This document shows, one piece after another, positions 1-10,551 of a stretch of DNA of 64,000 bases. Made by a program: the position numbers and the translations under genes. The notes beneath the pieces were generated by a model. The model saw only the letters and a list, made by a program, of their open reading frames with translations, had not been told where the DNA came from and did no database searches. The DNA is taken from positions 32,001-96,000 of the forward strand of contig CAWJIE010000003.1 in the NCBI GenBank assembly GCA_963842885.1. The letters are read 5' to 3'. Every line of letters starts with the position of its first letter. The stretch's first letter is position 1. The stretch comes from an uncultured Nitrososphaerota archaeon (GTDB lineage: Archaea; Thermoproteota; Nitrososphaeria; Conexivisphaerales; DTJL01).

Positions 1-10
1 CCCCCGCAAT

Positions 11-652
11 CTACTGTGAAGAGCTCTGGCCGGCTTCCCCGCCCAGACCTGGGAGCTCCGGGAACCTCTCCTTCATGCTCTGCTCCGCCACCGCCGATGC
101 CTCTGCGATTATGTGCTCCGCGTCCTCGTTGGCAGCCTCGAAGTTGAGGGTCAGTCCGCCCAGCTGACCGGCGTCGACCAGTATGCTGCTGAGCACGTTG
201 TTGATGTCGCCTATCTCCTGCTCGGCCTGAGGCATCACGCCGACCAGGCCAGACTTCACGTTCTTTATCACGGCCATGGCGGGAGCGAGGGTGACCACTA
301 TATCACCCAGCTCCGTAGCCGTGCTGAGCCTGAGGACGATCTGCTCGAGCGCGATTTTGGCGGAGGTGACCATCTTGGCCATCTTCCTGACCTCGGCGAG
401 CTCGTTGGAGTAAATCGAAGCGTGCTGCATGTCGTGCTTCTGGATGGAGGAGACCACCTTGCTGAAGAGCGCTCCGTCCCTCTCTGTCATCCTGTTGCTA
501 GTGTTCTCGAGTTTGGAGACTTGGACTTGGATGTTGCGAACCGCGGCGTCGATGCGTGGCTTCAGAGGGCCCGAAGGCCTTACGGCTTCCTTGACCTTGT
601 CGCCGACCCCTGTGGCGTCGGGGGCGACCCACTTCTTGCTGAATTCCGACAT
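11..652 (-). CDS. cdvB: ESCRT-III / Snf7-family cell division protein (CdvB paralog, short form)
   Basis: ATG at 652 gives 213 aa (MSEFSKKW...). Helical Snf7 core with ANEL-like SNELAEVRK, ALEQIVLRLST, ELGDIVVTLAPA and C-terminal EAANEDAEHIIAEASAVAEQSMKERFPELP. No C-terminal wH extension. Confidence 0.9.
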   Translation of the reverse strand: MSEFSKKWVAPDATGVGDKVKEAVRPSGPLKPRIDAAVRNIQVQVSKLENTSNRMTERDGALFSKVVSSIQKHDMQHASIYSNELAEVRKMAKMVTSAKIALEQIVLRLSTATELGDIVVTLAPAMAVIKNVKSGLVGVMPQAEQEIGDINNVLSSILVDAGQLGGLTLNFEAANEDAEHIIAEASAVAEQSMKERFPELPGLGGEAGQSSSQ

Positions 653-701
653 AGTGTACACTTCCTTGGTGGTTGGGGATTGAGGGACGGCTTTACGATG
701 G

Positions 702-750
702 CTGTAACCCGCGGTACCTGTCACCCGGGTGACGGCGTCGCCGGTGACAG
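702..750. promoter_or_regulatory. Four-half-site dyad (CTGTMACC / GGTGACRG) upstream of cdvB
   Basis: ctgtaacc 702-709, ctgtcacc 718-725, ggtgacgg 728-735, ggtgacag 743-750. Central perfect palindrome gtcacccgggtgac 720-733. Confidence 0.5.
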
Positions 751-1134
751 ATGCGATGCAGGAGAAGCTGGGTGTGGAGTTCAGATGTCTTACCTGGAAC
801 CATGCGGCGCATTTTAATAGGCACCAGCGCCGCCGCCTCCCTGAGGCATGTGAGCGAAGAGCAGTTCCGGAGTTGGGCAAGGGGAAGGGGACCTCGCGTT
901 CCCCTGGCAGTGAAGGGGCACACCTTTGCTATTGAGAAGGAGAACATAGTCAAGGTGGACGGCGGAACGTTCGTGTATGAAGAGGCCCTGGACCTGGTCA
1001 GGTTACTCAATTCTTCGAACCCATTCGACCAGTTGACCGCCACCATCTCCATATGGGAGAGGAATGGCGCTATCCGCCTCATAATCCTGGCTCTGATAGC
1101 CGCTATCATCATCGCCGTGATCGCGTGGGCATGA
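751..1134 (+). CDS. Small C-terminally anchored membrane protein (true start probably GTG near 850)
   Basis: Plausible globular region then a hydrophobic tail IRLIILALIAAIIIAVIAWA. TATA-like ttttaata near 812. Confidence 0.65.
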   Translation: MRCRRSWVWSSDVLPGTMRRILIGTSAAASLRHVSEEQFRSWARGRGPRVPLAVKGHTFAIEKENIVKVDGGTFVYEEALDLVRLLNSSNPFDQLTATISIWERNGAIRLIILALIAAIIIAVIAWA

Positions 1135-1314
1135 AGCTCAGAGGTCCAATCCCTTCGGCGAAGGTTGTGCAGCCGAGAGGATGGTCAGGATTCTGGAAGA
1201 GAAGCCTTCGTAAGAGTCACGCGCGCCCGCCAGATGGAGATTCGCCCTTCCTTCCTAGCAGGGCCCGTCAAACCATCATTCCACAGACGGTCGCACCTTG
1301 AATCGAAGAAGCAT

Positions 1315-1407
1315 CTACTTCTTCCCACCCTTCTCCTTCGACTTCTGGTGTGAGATCTTCCGCCGCTTCTTTATTACTTCCCACTTCCTCGCACGCGCAA
1401 ATGTCAT
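1315..1407 (-). CDS. Putative 30-aa highly basic small protein
   Basis: Manual translation MTFARARKWEVIKKRRKISHQKSKEKGGKK. GGAGGAGG SD-like run and cttaag upstream. Confidence 0.4.
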   Translation of the reverse strand: MTFARARKWEVIKKRRKISHQKSKEKGGKK

Positions 1408-1683
1408 TGTTCCATCTGTCTCCTCCTCCCTCTTAAGCTAGACCCATCCTTTCATCTCCTTCCTCTCCTGCGTGTGAGAGGGCAAATGGGCTGGGCCTCG
1501 AACGGATGACTTCCTTGGACAATTCGAATTCGTTCGACAAGAAAGCCCTTTGAAAGTGAATACCGAAAGAAGCGCCACCGTCTGCCCTGCCATCTGTCTC
1601 CCCGACTGGGACGTCGCTTCCCACCGAGAAGAGGCGAGCGACCAGGGCAAAGAGTAAAGGCGCCGGTTGCGGAGCATAAGGTC

Positions 1684-3396
1684 GTGGAACCTAAGGCCGG
1701 AGCTGCGGGATCCCTGGGTGCGGTGGCGAAGGAGTACTGGGAGAAGCGCTTGGCGGACGACCCGCTGTTCGCCACCATGCTGGGGGATCGGCGATTCGAC
1801 GACCGGCTCCCCGACATCACCCCCGAAGGGCGTTCGCGGAGGGAGAGGGGGTACGAGTCCGTCGTCGACCGGTGCGATGCCATCCCAGAGAGGGAGCTAT
1901 CCGACGAAGACAGGTTGACCAGGACCGCCCTTCTCGTCGACGCGCAGTCGATGCTCGATTACTCCCTGTGCCGACTTGAGGAGTGGACCGTGGACCCGCT
2001 GAGTGGCCCGCAGGTCGAATTCGTCAACGTCGAGTCCTACCAGCCGGTGAGGAACCCCGCCGAGGGCCGAGCGATGACAAGGCGCTGGACCGCCATGGGC
2101 CGATACTTCGACGACCACATGGCGAACCTCAGGCGAGGGGCTGCCGAAGGCAGGCTGGCCGTCCGCGCCTGCGCGGAGAAGGCAGTCGATGAGGTCGATG
2201 AGCTGATTGCCAAGCCCGAGTCAGAATGGGCTCTCCTGCGCCCCCTCGCCATGCCGCACGATGACTGGTCGGAGGAGGAGCGGCGCGACTTCAGAGAGGG
2301 GTTGACCGGCGCGGTCCGGGATTCGATACGTCCCGCGCTCGTCCGATACATGGAGTTCCTGGAATCGGAGGTCCTGCCGAGGGCTCGCCCGCAGGAGCGC
2401 CCGGGCATCATCCACGTGCCAGGCGGCTCCGAGGCCTACGCACGGTTGATTCGGGTGCACACCTCCCTTGACCTGACCCCGGAGGAGCTCCATCAGACCG
2501 GCCTGAGGGAGGTGGCCAGGATCAACGCCGAGATGGAGGCGCTGGGCGGCAGGGTCCTTGGCGTTCGGGACAGAAAGGAGGTCCTCCACCGGCTCCGGAC
2601 GGACCCTAAGCTGTACTTCGCCAGCGGAGACGAGGTCGCGGAGAAGGCAGAGGGAGCCCTGTCGAGGGCGAAGGCCGCGATCGCGGATTGGTTCGGGCAG
2701 CTCCCTAGGGCCGACTGCGAGGTCGTGCGCATGGGGGAGCACGAAGAGAAACATTCGACGATAGCGTACTATCGCCAGCCCGCTGCCGACGGCTCGAGGC
2801 CTGGCAGGTACTGCATCAACACGTCCGCGCCGGCGACCAGGCCTCGCTATGAAGCCGAGGCCCTCGCCTACCACGAATCGATCCCCGGCCACCACCTCCA
2901 GATTGCGATAGCCCAGGAGCTGGAGGGGATCCCGGAGTTCAGGAGGAACAGCGGCGTGACGGCCTTCGTGGAGGGGTGGGGCCTGTACTCGGAGCGGCTC
3001 GCCGATGAAATGGGGCTCTACTCGTCGGACCTGGACAGGATGGGCATGCTTTCCTACGACGCCTGGCGGGCGTGTCGCCTGGTCGTGGACACCGGGATGC
3101 ATGCGATGCGGTGGACCCGCGCGAAGGCCATCGAGTTCATGCTGGAGAACACGGCCCTGGCGGAGAACAACATCGTGAACGAGGTCGACAGGTACATCGC
3201 ATGGCCGGGGCAGGCCCTCGCCTACAAGACGGGCCAGCTGGAGATGATCCGACTTCGTCAGGAGGTAAAGGGGCAGCTGGGCGAGAGGTTCGACATCAGG
3301 GAGTTCCACGACGCCCTGCTGGGTGACGGGGCGGTGCCGCTGAAGGCGCTCCGCGAGATCGTGGAGAGGTACACAGGAAAGAGCCGACTCGGATAG
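1684..3396 (+). CDS. DUF885 family protein (putative metallopeptidase-like)
   Basis: 570 aa with AYHESIPGHHLQ, TAFVEGWGLYSE, RACRLVVDTGMH, EVDRYIAWPGQALAYKTG and REFHDALL motifs. Confidence 0.92.
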   Translation: MEPKAGAAGSLGAVAKEYWEKRLADDPLFATMLGDRRFDDRLPDITPEGRSRRERGYESVVDRCDAIPERELSDEDRLTRTALLVDAQSMLDYSLCRLEEWTVDPLSGPQVEFVNVESYQPVRNPAEGRAMTRRWTAMGRYFDDHMANLRRGAAEGRLAVRACAEKAVDEVDELIAKPESEWALLRPLAMPHDDWSEEERRDFREGLTGAVRDSIRPALVRYMEFLESEVLPRARPQERPGIIHVPGGSEAYARLIRVHTSLDLTPEELHQTGLREVARINAEMEALGGRVLGVRDRKEVLHRLRTDPKLYFASGDEVAEKAEGALSRAKAAIADWFGQLPRADCEVVRMGEHEEKHSTIAYYRQPAADGSRPGRYCINTSAPATRPRYEAEALAYHESIPGHHLQIAIAQELEGIPEFRRNSGVTAFVEGWGLYSERLADEMGLYSSDLDRMGMLSYDAWRACRLVVDTGMHAMRWTRAKAIEFMLENTALAENNIVNEVDRYIAWPGQALAYKTGQLEMIRLRQEVKGQLGERFDIREFHDALLGDGAVPLKALREIVERYTGKSRLG

Positions 3397-3580
3397 TCCG
3401 GTCGTCGTCGACCAGGATTCACGCTTGGGACCTCCCAGCGCGACGCGGGATGTGAAGGGGGGGCGTTCTTGGTCGAATACGACCACCCCATCCACGAGAG
3501 TCGGCAGGATAAAAGGAGCGGCCCCTCCCGATGCTTCTGCTTAAATAGACTCTTCGGAAGGACGGTCCGTGTGTTGAGGG

Positions 3581-5555
3581 ATGGGACAGAATAGGGATTC
3601 AGCACATCGTACAGGCGCCAAACTACTCGCCTCTGCACTTATCGTGCTCATGGTCGCCACCGTCGTTTCGTCTTCTTACGTGGCGGCCGTCCACGCCGAT
3701 GGCAGCCCGACGTTTGTCTCCATACGCTACAGTGGCTCCCTGAGCGTTTCCACGGGCATGACCGCCGACGAGGAATTCGAGGGATCGCAAGCGGTTTCTT
3801 TCACGGAGACGCGCCAGTCCACGTACACTGCCTCCTTCGACAACCTCACCCTTGTGGGCATGATCGTCAACGGGAGCGAAGTGCTGGGTGGAGTGGCCAA
3901 CGCCACGTTCTCGTCGACGGACAGCTGGTCCCTTACACCCCACGCTTCGGGCAACCTTCAGGTCTCCCTCGACCCTCCTTCGGGGAACCCCTCCTGGAGC
4001 TCCACCGGCGTCGTCTTCGGAGCGATTAACGGCAGCCAGGCCTTCTTCCTCCTGGTGCCGTCCACGCTTCCACCGCTGATCAACGTGTCCATGACGATCA
4101 CCGACACCCAGGCGACCACGCTGCTTCCCCAAGTCTATCCGTTGCTCGTGACCCCGCCAGCCTTCGATGGATTCGGAGTCACGCTGTACGCCGCAATTGG
4201 GGGCCCGGCGTCGGCCCTGCCTACGGACCCTTCAGCCATCTTGGCGTACATACTCGCCTACGGGCAGCTCACCACGTCAGACCCGACCGAGGGCCACGAC
4301 ATACAATTCAGCGGCCACATGCCCTCCTCCCCCTCTTTCGGGGGGACGGCAGACGTCAGCTACAACGGCGACCTCTCGCTGACGGTTTTGAACGTGCTGT
4401 ATTCCACGCCCCGACCGTTTACACGCTCGACCTGGAACCCGGCTCGGGCGGAACCACGAACCCGCTGCCAGGGAACTACACGCAGGCCGCGGGGACGTCA
4501 CTGGACGTGACCGCGCCCCTAACTCCACCAGCTCGTTCAGCTATTGGCTTCTCGACGGAAACAAAGTGGGCAGCGCCAATCCCTATTCGGTATCGTTCGA
4601 CGGAGACCATGTGCTGCAGCCCGTCTTTGAAATTGGGCCAGGCGGCCAGTCAGGGAGGACGGTCGTGATCAACCCCAACAACTGGGCGGAGTACAGCGTG
4701 TCCGTAAGCACCAGCGGCTCAGGTCTTCCGGAGAACTTTACTGATCTGATGAATGTGACGAGCGTTAAGGGGACGGTCGTCGGCGTCCAAGGCTCCGTCG
4801 CGACGATCGGCGTCGAAGCCACGTTCGCAAACGGAACGACTCTATCTTTTGGCGATTTCACGATCGACGTGGACTCCGGATACACCAGCAGCAGCGGCTT
4901 CGGGGCCTTCATAATCGGGTCAGGTCTGGGGACCGGCGATCAGGTATTCACCTCCTCTCAGTCCAGCCTGCCGAACGCCGTAATCAATGAGACCACGACC
5001 TGGACGGAGAACGGTTTCGACCGGACGGCACTTCATCTCAACTCGGACGCGCTCGGAGAGTACTTCTGGGATCGGGGCACCGGCCTACTGCTCCATGCGG
5101 AGGTGCCAATCTACTCAGGGAACCAGGCGGCGCCTGTGGGTTCCGTGACGTATGCGCTCACCAGCACAAGCCTGTTCGCGGGCGGGTCTGGCCCCACGAC
5201 AGGGTCCCCCTGGTCCTTCCTCTTGTCGCCGAATTCGACGGCATCTTGGATTGAAATCATACTCGTCTTCGCTCTGATCATCTTGGCGCTCGTGGTGATT
5301 TCGCGTGCCCTGTCGAGACGGCGCAAGAAGGAGGGCGTGCCACCTGCCACGTTTTCAAAGAATCAGGCCAGGAAGGAAGAGGGGGGAATGGTTGCGCCTC
5401 CAAGGGCGCCCGCCGATTCCGTCACCGGCGCGCCTCCCCCAAAGTTCACCTTCTGTCCGAACTGCGGCCGAACTCTGCCCAGCCAGCTCTCAAAGTTCTG
5501 CCCGTTCTGCGGCTTCTCCCTGAGCGAGCAGGGAGCGAGCAAACCTAGCGGGTGA
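3581..5555 (+). CDS. Secreted/surface protein with InlB B-repeat-like domain, C-terminal TM and zinc ribbon (split by about two frameshifts near 4405-4520)
   Basis: N-terminal signal/TM and Ser/Thr-rich beta region. The bridging frame reads YTLDLEPGSGGTTNPLPGNYTQAAGTSLDVTA..SFSYWLLDGNKVGSANPYSVSFDGDHVLQPVF. Ends with TM then CPNCG...CPFCG. Confidence 0.7.
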
Positions 5556-5822
5556 CATGTGCGGGGACGCTGTGGCTCTCGACCCACGAACGCCTGAACG
5601 GTCTCTCCCCTCACGAAGCTTTATTGCTCTCTTGAGGCCATTTTATGAGTGTTGTCCGCCAGTCTGCAGGATCTTAGAAAGGCCGACCAACGGTCATGGT
5701 GCAGGTCTCCGAGTGGCACCCTTTGGTTATGTCAGAGTGCGACCATCAATCCTTCATGTCAATTCAGACGATCCCTGGCCCGAGGGACAAGTTTCAATGG
5801 TGAACTGGCGATTCTGAATCCC

Positions 5823-6218
5823 TCACGGCAAGCCGCTTCCCCAGTCCCTCGTCAGGCTGGTCTCATTGGTATAGAGGTCCAATGTGCCAGCAGCGTAGGG
5901 CCTTCCCGTGGGATACCCGATGAAGTACGCGATGATTGTAACCTTGTAGGAGTCTCTGTTGGGAAGGGAGATGTTATAAGCTTCAGAAAAGACCTGCGCC
6001 GAGTATGTCGTGTTGTCCCTCAGGCTCGTGAAGTTCACCCTCTCGTACGCGATCTCAGCCCCCGTCAGTCTGATCAGACCCGTGACAGTGACCATGCTTG
6101 GCTTGGTGGTTCCCGGGTTCTCCGCCTCAGTGGCTCCGTAGTAGATTGCTAGAAGAGCGATCAGGGCGAAGGCAGCCACGGCGAGCAGAAGCCATCTCCG
6201 TTTGGGCATGAGCATCAT
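5823..6218 (-). CDS. Membrane-anchored hypothetical protein
   Basis: ATG overlaps the stop of the upstream gene. MMLMPKRRWLLLAVAAFALIALLAIYY signal anchor followed by a beta-rich domain. Confidence 0.65.
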   Translation of the reverse strand: MMLMPKRRWLLLAVAAFALIALLAIYYGATEAENPGTTKPSMVTVTGLIRLTGAEIAYERVNFTSLRDNTTYSAQVFSEAYNISLPNRDSYKVTIIAYFIGYPTGRPYAAGTLDLYTNETSLTRDWGSGLP

Positions 6219-6628
6219 CAGTGGAGTCTCTCGACGTGGTCGTCGAGGCTTCCCTTGATATAGGCCTGAACGGCATCGTCGGCGTATACCGCTTCGGTGA
6301 TGAAAGGCTTGATGCCAGCCTGCCTCATCGCCTCGTATATCCCCCACCCCATCCCCCTCGCGATGAGCGCATCGCAGTCGCTGACGTTGGAGAGCATGCT
6401 CGCATGTGTAGAGGCCTCCTCAGGGCCCTGATTGTGGCCGGGGCCTTCGCCATGGTGCTCACCCTCGTGTTCCATCCCTCCATGGTGATGTCCTGCCTTG
6501 GGTCTGGTCTCCTTCCCCTTGACTACTCCGTCCTGTATGTCGTAGACCAGGTAGTGCTGGGCCATTCCGAAGTGCGGGGATATGGTCTGGCCGTCGTCGG
6601 TCACGACACCAACTTTCAAGACGTTCAC
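6218..6628 (-). CDS. NifB/NifX-family (FeMo-cofactor-binding-like) protein with His-rich insert
   Basis: ISPHFGMAQHYLVYDI, DCDALIARGMGWG, AGIKPF motifs. Insert GHHHGGMEHEGEHHGEGPGH. Confidence 0.85.
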   Translation of the reverse strand: MNVLKVGVVTDDGQTISPHFGMAQHYLVYDIQDGVVKGKETRPKAGHHHGGMEHEGEHHGEGPGHNQGPEEASTHASMLSNVSDCDALIARGMGWGIYEAMRQAGIKPFITEAVYADDAVQAYIKGSLDDHVERLH

Positions 6629-7070
6629 CTACGCGCTGCCGCCAGCTAGGTAGGGGTGTAAGAGCTGGTTGAGGTCTTCCTTCGGCAAAGCGCCCACTAT
6701 CTGGTTGAGTATCTTCCCGTTCTGTGCAATCATGATGGTAGGGATGCCCTGTATGCCGAAACGTTGTGACGTGAGGGGGTTCTCGTCCACGTTGAGCTTC
6801 CCCAGCACCAGCTTGCCCGCGTTCTCCTGCGCGATCTGTTCCAGGATGGGCGATACCCATCTGCATGGGCCGCACCAGGGCGCCCAGAAGTCCACCAGCA
6901 TCAACCTTTGGCTCCTGAGCGTCGAATCGAAGTTGGCGTCGGTGAGCTCGATTGATCCCGCTGAAGCCTGCCAGCTTGGACTGCGATGCCCTCTCCTGCT
7001 CCCATTCCTTTCTCCTTCGGTCGATGAGAGATTCGATGTCGTCGTCACCTGATTGGGTCAAGCCATTCAT
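6629..7070 (-). CDS. trxA: Thioredoxin (N-terminal helix probably joined by a frameshift near 6960-6980)
   Basis: VDFWAPWCGPC active site, KLNVDENP, GIPT. The upstream frame encodes an archaeal-type leader DDDIESLIDRRRKEWEQE. Confidence 0.92.
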
Positions 7071-7073
7071 TTC

Positions 7074-7598
7074 CTATTCGTAGACCACGGCCGCGATCTT
7101 CTTCTTGGCGTCTCCGAGTATCTCCTGGATTCTCTCCATCTTCTTCTCGTCGACATATTCGTCGTTCATCATCACCAGTGCCTGGACTTCCCTGAGGTCC
7201 TTCAGGAATCCGAAGCGGCCCATCTTGTCCGCATACTCTCTGCCGGCCTTGAGCCTCTCTACGGTCTCCTTGTTTTCTTCAAGACATTTCTTTCCCTGCT
7301 CGGTGACGGAATACGTCCTCTTTCCCTCCTTCTCCTCAGCCGTCACGTAGCCCCTGTCCTCCAGCTCCTGAAGTGTCGGGTAAATCAGCCCGGCGCTCAC
7401 CGGCCTCTGGTAGGTCCTTCCCAGCTCCTGTATTAGCGCATAGCCATGCATGGGTTTCTCAGAAAGGGCCGTCAGTACGAGGAACCTGAAATCGCCTCTC
7501 CTCATTCCGAACATGGGCCCGCGGTGGCCCCACGCAGCAACGGGGTAATCGGGTTCGTCCCAGCATCCACGTCTTATGTATCGTCCATCTCTGCTCAA
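7074..7598 (-). CDS. PadR family transcriptional regulator
   Basis: RRGDFRFLVLTALSEKPMHGYALIQEL, SAGLIYPTLQELEDRGYV, KRTYSVTEQG. Confidence 0.92.
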   Translation of the reverse strand: MSRDGRYIRRGCWDEPDYPVAAWGHRGPMFGMRRGDFRFLVLTALSEKPMHGYALIQELGRTYQRPVSAGLIYPTLQELEDRGYVTAEEKEGKRTYSVTEQGKKCLEENKETVERLKAGREYADKMGRFGFLKDLREVQALVMMNDEYVDEKKMERIQEILGDAKKKIAAVVYE

Positions 7599-7611
7599 AT
7601 TCTATCGGTTG

Positions 7612-7642
7612 CCATATCTACTGATATGGTTATAAACATATC
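7612..7642. promoter_or_regulatory. Probable PadR operator overlapping the TATA box
   Basis: CCATATC-N4-GATATGG (7612-7629) and GATATG-gttataaa-CATATC (7623-7642) enclose TTTATAAC on the minus strand, just upstream of padR. Confidence 0.6.
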
Positions 7643-7829
7643 TCCTGCTACTGGTCAGTGCGACTCAGGCTGGCATTTCCAGTGAAACGCAAGTAGCCCA
7701 CTAAGGGCATGTGTAGGGACCGATATCAGACAAGATGGATTATGGGAAGCATGGGAGAACGGAATCCGGAATAGGAAGACTCTTGAGCCCGAAGGAGCAC
7801 TGAATGCACGGACTTCGTTTCTCTGCCAC

Positions 7830-8471
7830 CTACTTGCCGTTCGCTTTCTTCGCGTATTCGACAGCGCCAATCAGATCGATGAAGACGACAGGGTCTTCCC
7901 CGACCGTCCAAGCGTCATGGCCGGGTTGCACCTCAAAGGCATCGCCCGCTCCAACCTCCAGTCCCGTTCCGTCATCCATCGTGAAGGCCATTCGACCGGA
8001 GATTACGTATCCCAGGTGTTGCGTCATGCAGCTTTCAGTCTTGGCGATGGGCTTCACTTTGGTGGACCATCTCCACCCCGGTTGAAGCGTGCGTAGCCCG
8101 AAGGTGAAACCGCCCAGGGTGACGATCTGCAGGCTCCCCTTCGGGAAGCTCTTCCATTCGTCTGGTTCTCCTAGGTTCTTCTTAGAGGCCGACACTCTGG
8201 CTTTCATCCTTCCCCTCCGGGTGATCCTGACGACTATCTTTATGTATCCTTCCTCCTGCGCTGCTTCGATCACTTGGTTGCCGCTCTTCTTCGCCCACGC
8301 TCTAACGTCGCTCTCTATCGCCGGCTCGGTTGCCCAAAGCTCAAGTTCGTCACCGAAGCTGGCCGTGCGCCAGGCCTTGAAGAGGGCCGTCAAAGGCGTC
8401 GGAGGGCACCAGACGCCCCTTGAGTCGATGATCAGGCGATGCCTTGACTTCGCCATATTCCTATTCACCAT
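7830..8471 (-). CDS. TusA/SirA sulfur-carrier domain fused to a cupin domain
   Basis: N-terminal IDSRGVWCPPTPL...DVRAWAKKSGN (TusA). C-terminal LQPGWRWS...CMTQHLGYVISG...PGHDAWTVGEDP (cupin). Confidence 0.85.
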   Translation of the reverse strand: MVNRNMAKSRHRLIIDSRGVWCPPTPLTALFKAWRTASFGDELELWATEPAIESDVRAWAKKSGNQVIEAAQEEGYIKIVVRITRRGRMKARVSASKKNLGEPDEWKSFPKGSLQIVTLGGFTFGLRTLQPGWRWSTKVKPIAKTESCMTQHLGYVISGRMAFTMDDGTGLEVGAGDAFEVQPGHDAWTVGEDPVVFIDLIGAVEYAKKANGK

Positions 8472-8917
8472 ACGATTCCTGGTTCTTGGGGCAAATCACC
8501 TTCGCCCGATATTTAACCCAGACCCATCGGAAGGCTCGCACGCGGTCCCGAAGGAGGTCATACGGTCGAAGATGAGGTCATATATCGGTGGAGGCACTTT
8601 GGCCTGCACATGACACATACGGGAGAGGAGATCAGTGGCTTCTGAGTCTCCCGAGATGGAGATGAGGGTTGTTGAGATCGTTCATACCGATGCGTCGCTC
8701 GACCGGTGAGTCAGTCGAGACCGAATTTTCGCTCTTGATTCTTCAAGCTTCTCATGGATCTCTCCCTGTCCCTGACTCCGCCGTTCATTCGTTCCATCCC
8801 GTTGTTATTCCTGTCGGCGTCAAGAGTGACTGGCGGCTTCTTGGGATTGGCTTCCTTCTTCTGAAGGACAGTCACACATAGAATACATATATAACAAGAA
8901 GTCAGAGCTTTGCCATC

Positions 8918-9454
8918 TTGGCAAAGCCGATTTCGAGACGCATCGGATTTGGCTTCATAGAGGGCTTTCAAGGAACGGCATTTGGCATAATGGACGGGAT
9001 GATTACCATCTTGGGCGTCGTCATTGGGATAAGCCAAGTGACAAGTAGTACAACTCTTGTCGTTGTGTCGGGCCTTGTGGCTGGCGTGGCCAACGCATTC
9101 GGGAACTCCATCGGCTTTTACGCTTCCGAATTGGCAGAAAGGGGAGAGCACATACGCGAAAAGGCACATGTCGCCCCTTCCACCGAGGTCTACATGAGCA
9201 CCATCAACTCTTTCATTTCGTCTTTGATTGCTATGCTTGTGCCCATCCTTCCATTCGTCTTCCTTCCCTCAATGCAAGCCATGACGGCAGCAGTTTCAAT
9301 CGCGATGGTGGTGCTGTTTGCCCTCGGGTCATACGTCGGACATCTGATCGGGCTTAGCCGCTTCAGGTTCGGTCTGCGCTACGTCATGCTGGGCCTCATA
9401 GGCTCTGGCCTCTCGTACTTGATAGGGAACCTGCTCAAGTCCTTGCTCATCTAA
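8918..9454 (+). CDS. VIT1/CCC1 family Fe/Mn transporter (short form)
   Basis: FGIMDGMITILGVVIG, GLVAGVANAFGNSIGFYASE, PILPF. Five TM segments. Confidence 0.85.
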   Translation: MAKPISRRIGFGFIEGFQGTAFGIMDGMITILGVVIGISQVTSSTTLVVVSGLVAGVANAFGNSIGFYASELAERGEHIREKAHVAPSTEVYMSTINSFISSLIAMLVPILPFVFLPSMQAMTAAVSIAMVVLFALGSYVGHLIGLSRFRFGLRYVMLGLIGSGLSYLIGNLLKSLLI

Positions 9455-9655
9455 CCGGTCTGCTCCGTCAACCAAATGGCAGCCGAGAGACCGTCGAGTG
9501 GTGGCATACCATAGAGGCCAGTGATGCGTAAGATGCCAGAAGAGTCGCCCTGCGCTCACGGTAGTTTTGGATATCTGTTTCCTTTGGAAAGGATTGCGCT
9601 ATCCGGGAACACTTCTATCTTCACGACCGTCAGTTGGTCCTAGATTACTTTGAGG

Positions 9656-10385
9656 TCATACGGGAAGGGCCCCAATGAGGTGTCCAATCAAGTAGCCCAA
9701 GAACCCGGCTGATAGTCCGATTAACGTCATCTCTAGGCCGCTCCACCACATCGAGCCGACCGTCGTTCTTGCTTCATAGGCACCGATGAAAAAGAGCAGC
9801 GCCCCACTCAGGATTGCCGAAGCGATCGCACCAGAAGATATCGTCGCCGCAGTGACGAAGAGGAACGGGATCAGCGGCACGATCGAGCCGAAAATCGTGG
9901 AGGACAGCACGACTGCGAAGCTACGCCTCGCTGCGCCCTTGTCAACCGGAGCGAGCCTGTGTTCGAAGGACATCATGATTTCTAGCATCGCTTTCGGGTT
10001 CGACGCGATGTGGTCGGCTACGTCATCGATGTCTTTGCCTTCGTAACCCCACCCCTTCAAGATACTTCGGACCTCCTCAAGCTCAGAGGCGGGAACCTCT
10101 TTCATCTCAAGTAGCTCCCGAGAGACTTTCCTCATGTAGTGTCGGCGCCTGGCTTCAGTGGAAGTGTAGGCGGCAGCGCCCATCGAAATCGATTCGGCAC
10201 AAAGAGCCGCGAGAGCTGCAACGTAGACTATCCTCACATCGCTCGTTGCCGCGGAGACCCCCAGTAGGACGCCTAGCAGGGCGACCAGCCCGTCCTGGCT
10301 TCCCAGGATGAACTCCGACAGATACGGGTGCGAAGAGTGAGGTTCCTTAAGCGGTGTTTCCGACTTGGCCGTCTCTTCTCCCCCC
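9656..10385 (-). CDS. VIT1/CCC1 family Fe/Mn transporter (start unresolved)
   Basis: The frame extends upstream of 10237 as EPHSSHPYLSEFILGSQDGLVALLGVLLG, then AESISMGAAAYTS and PLIPF. No canonical start in frame; possible poly-G error near 10381-10386. Confidence 0.88.
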
Positions 10386-10551
10386 GGCTACGATTGGAAG
10401 ACAGAAAAAACGAACTCTAGTTGATCGATCAGCAGGGTGCTTGTTCGTGAAGCCATAACCCAGGGTGAGCATTGCGCTCGCTTTTAGGGGTTGCTGCGTC
10501 GCATCCGTAAAGCCTATATCTCCCGTCTCGTCTCTGGGCGGAGGACAGACA

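Noticed and set aside
113-817. Long antisense or alternative-frame ORFs (also 2221-3495, 38270-39277, 41824-42756, 53251-53985, 57663-58442)
   Set aside because: Shadows of well-supported genes, expected in GC-rich DNA, with no recognisable motifs.
6218-6628. Nitrogen fixation implied by a NifB/NifX domain
   Set aside because: No nif structural genes in the window; stand-alone NifX-like proteins are widespread in non-diazotrophic archaea.
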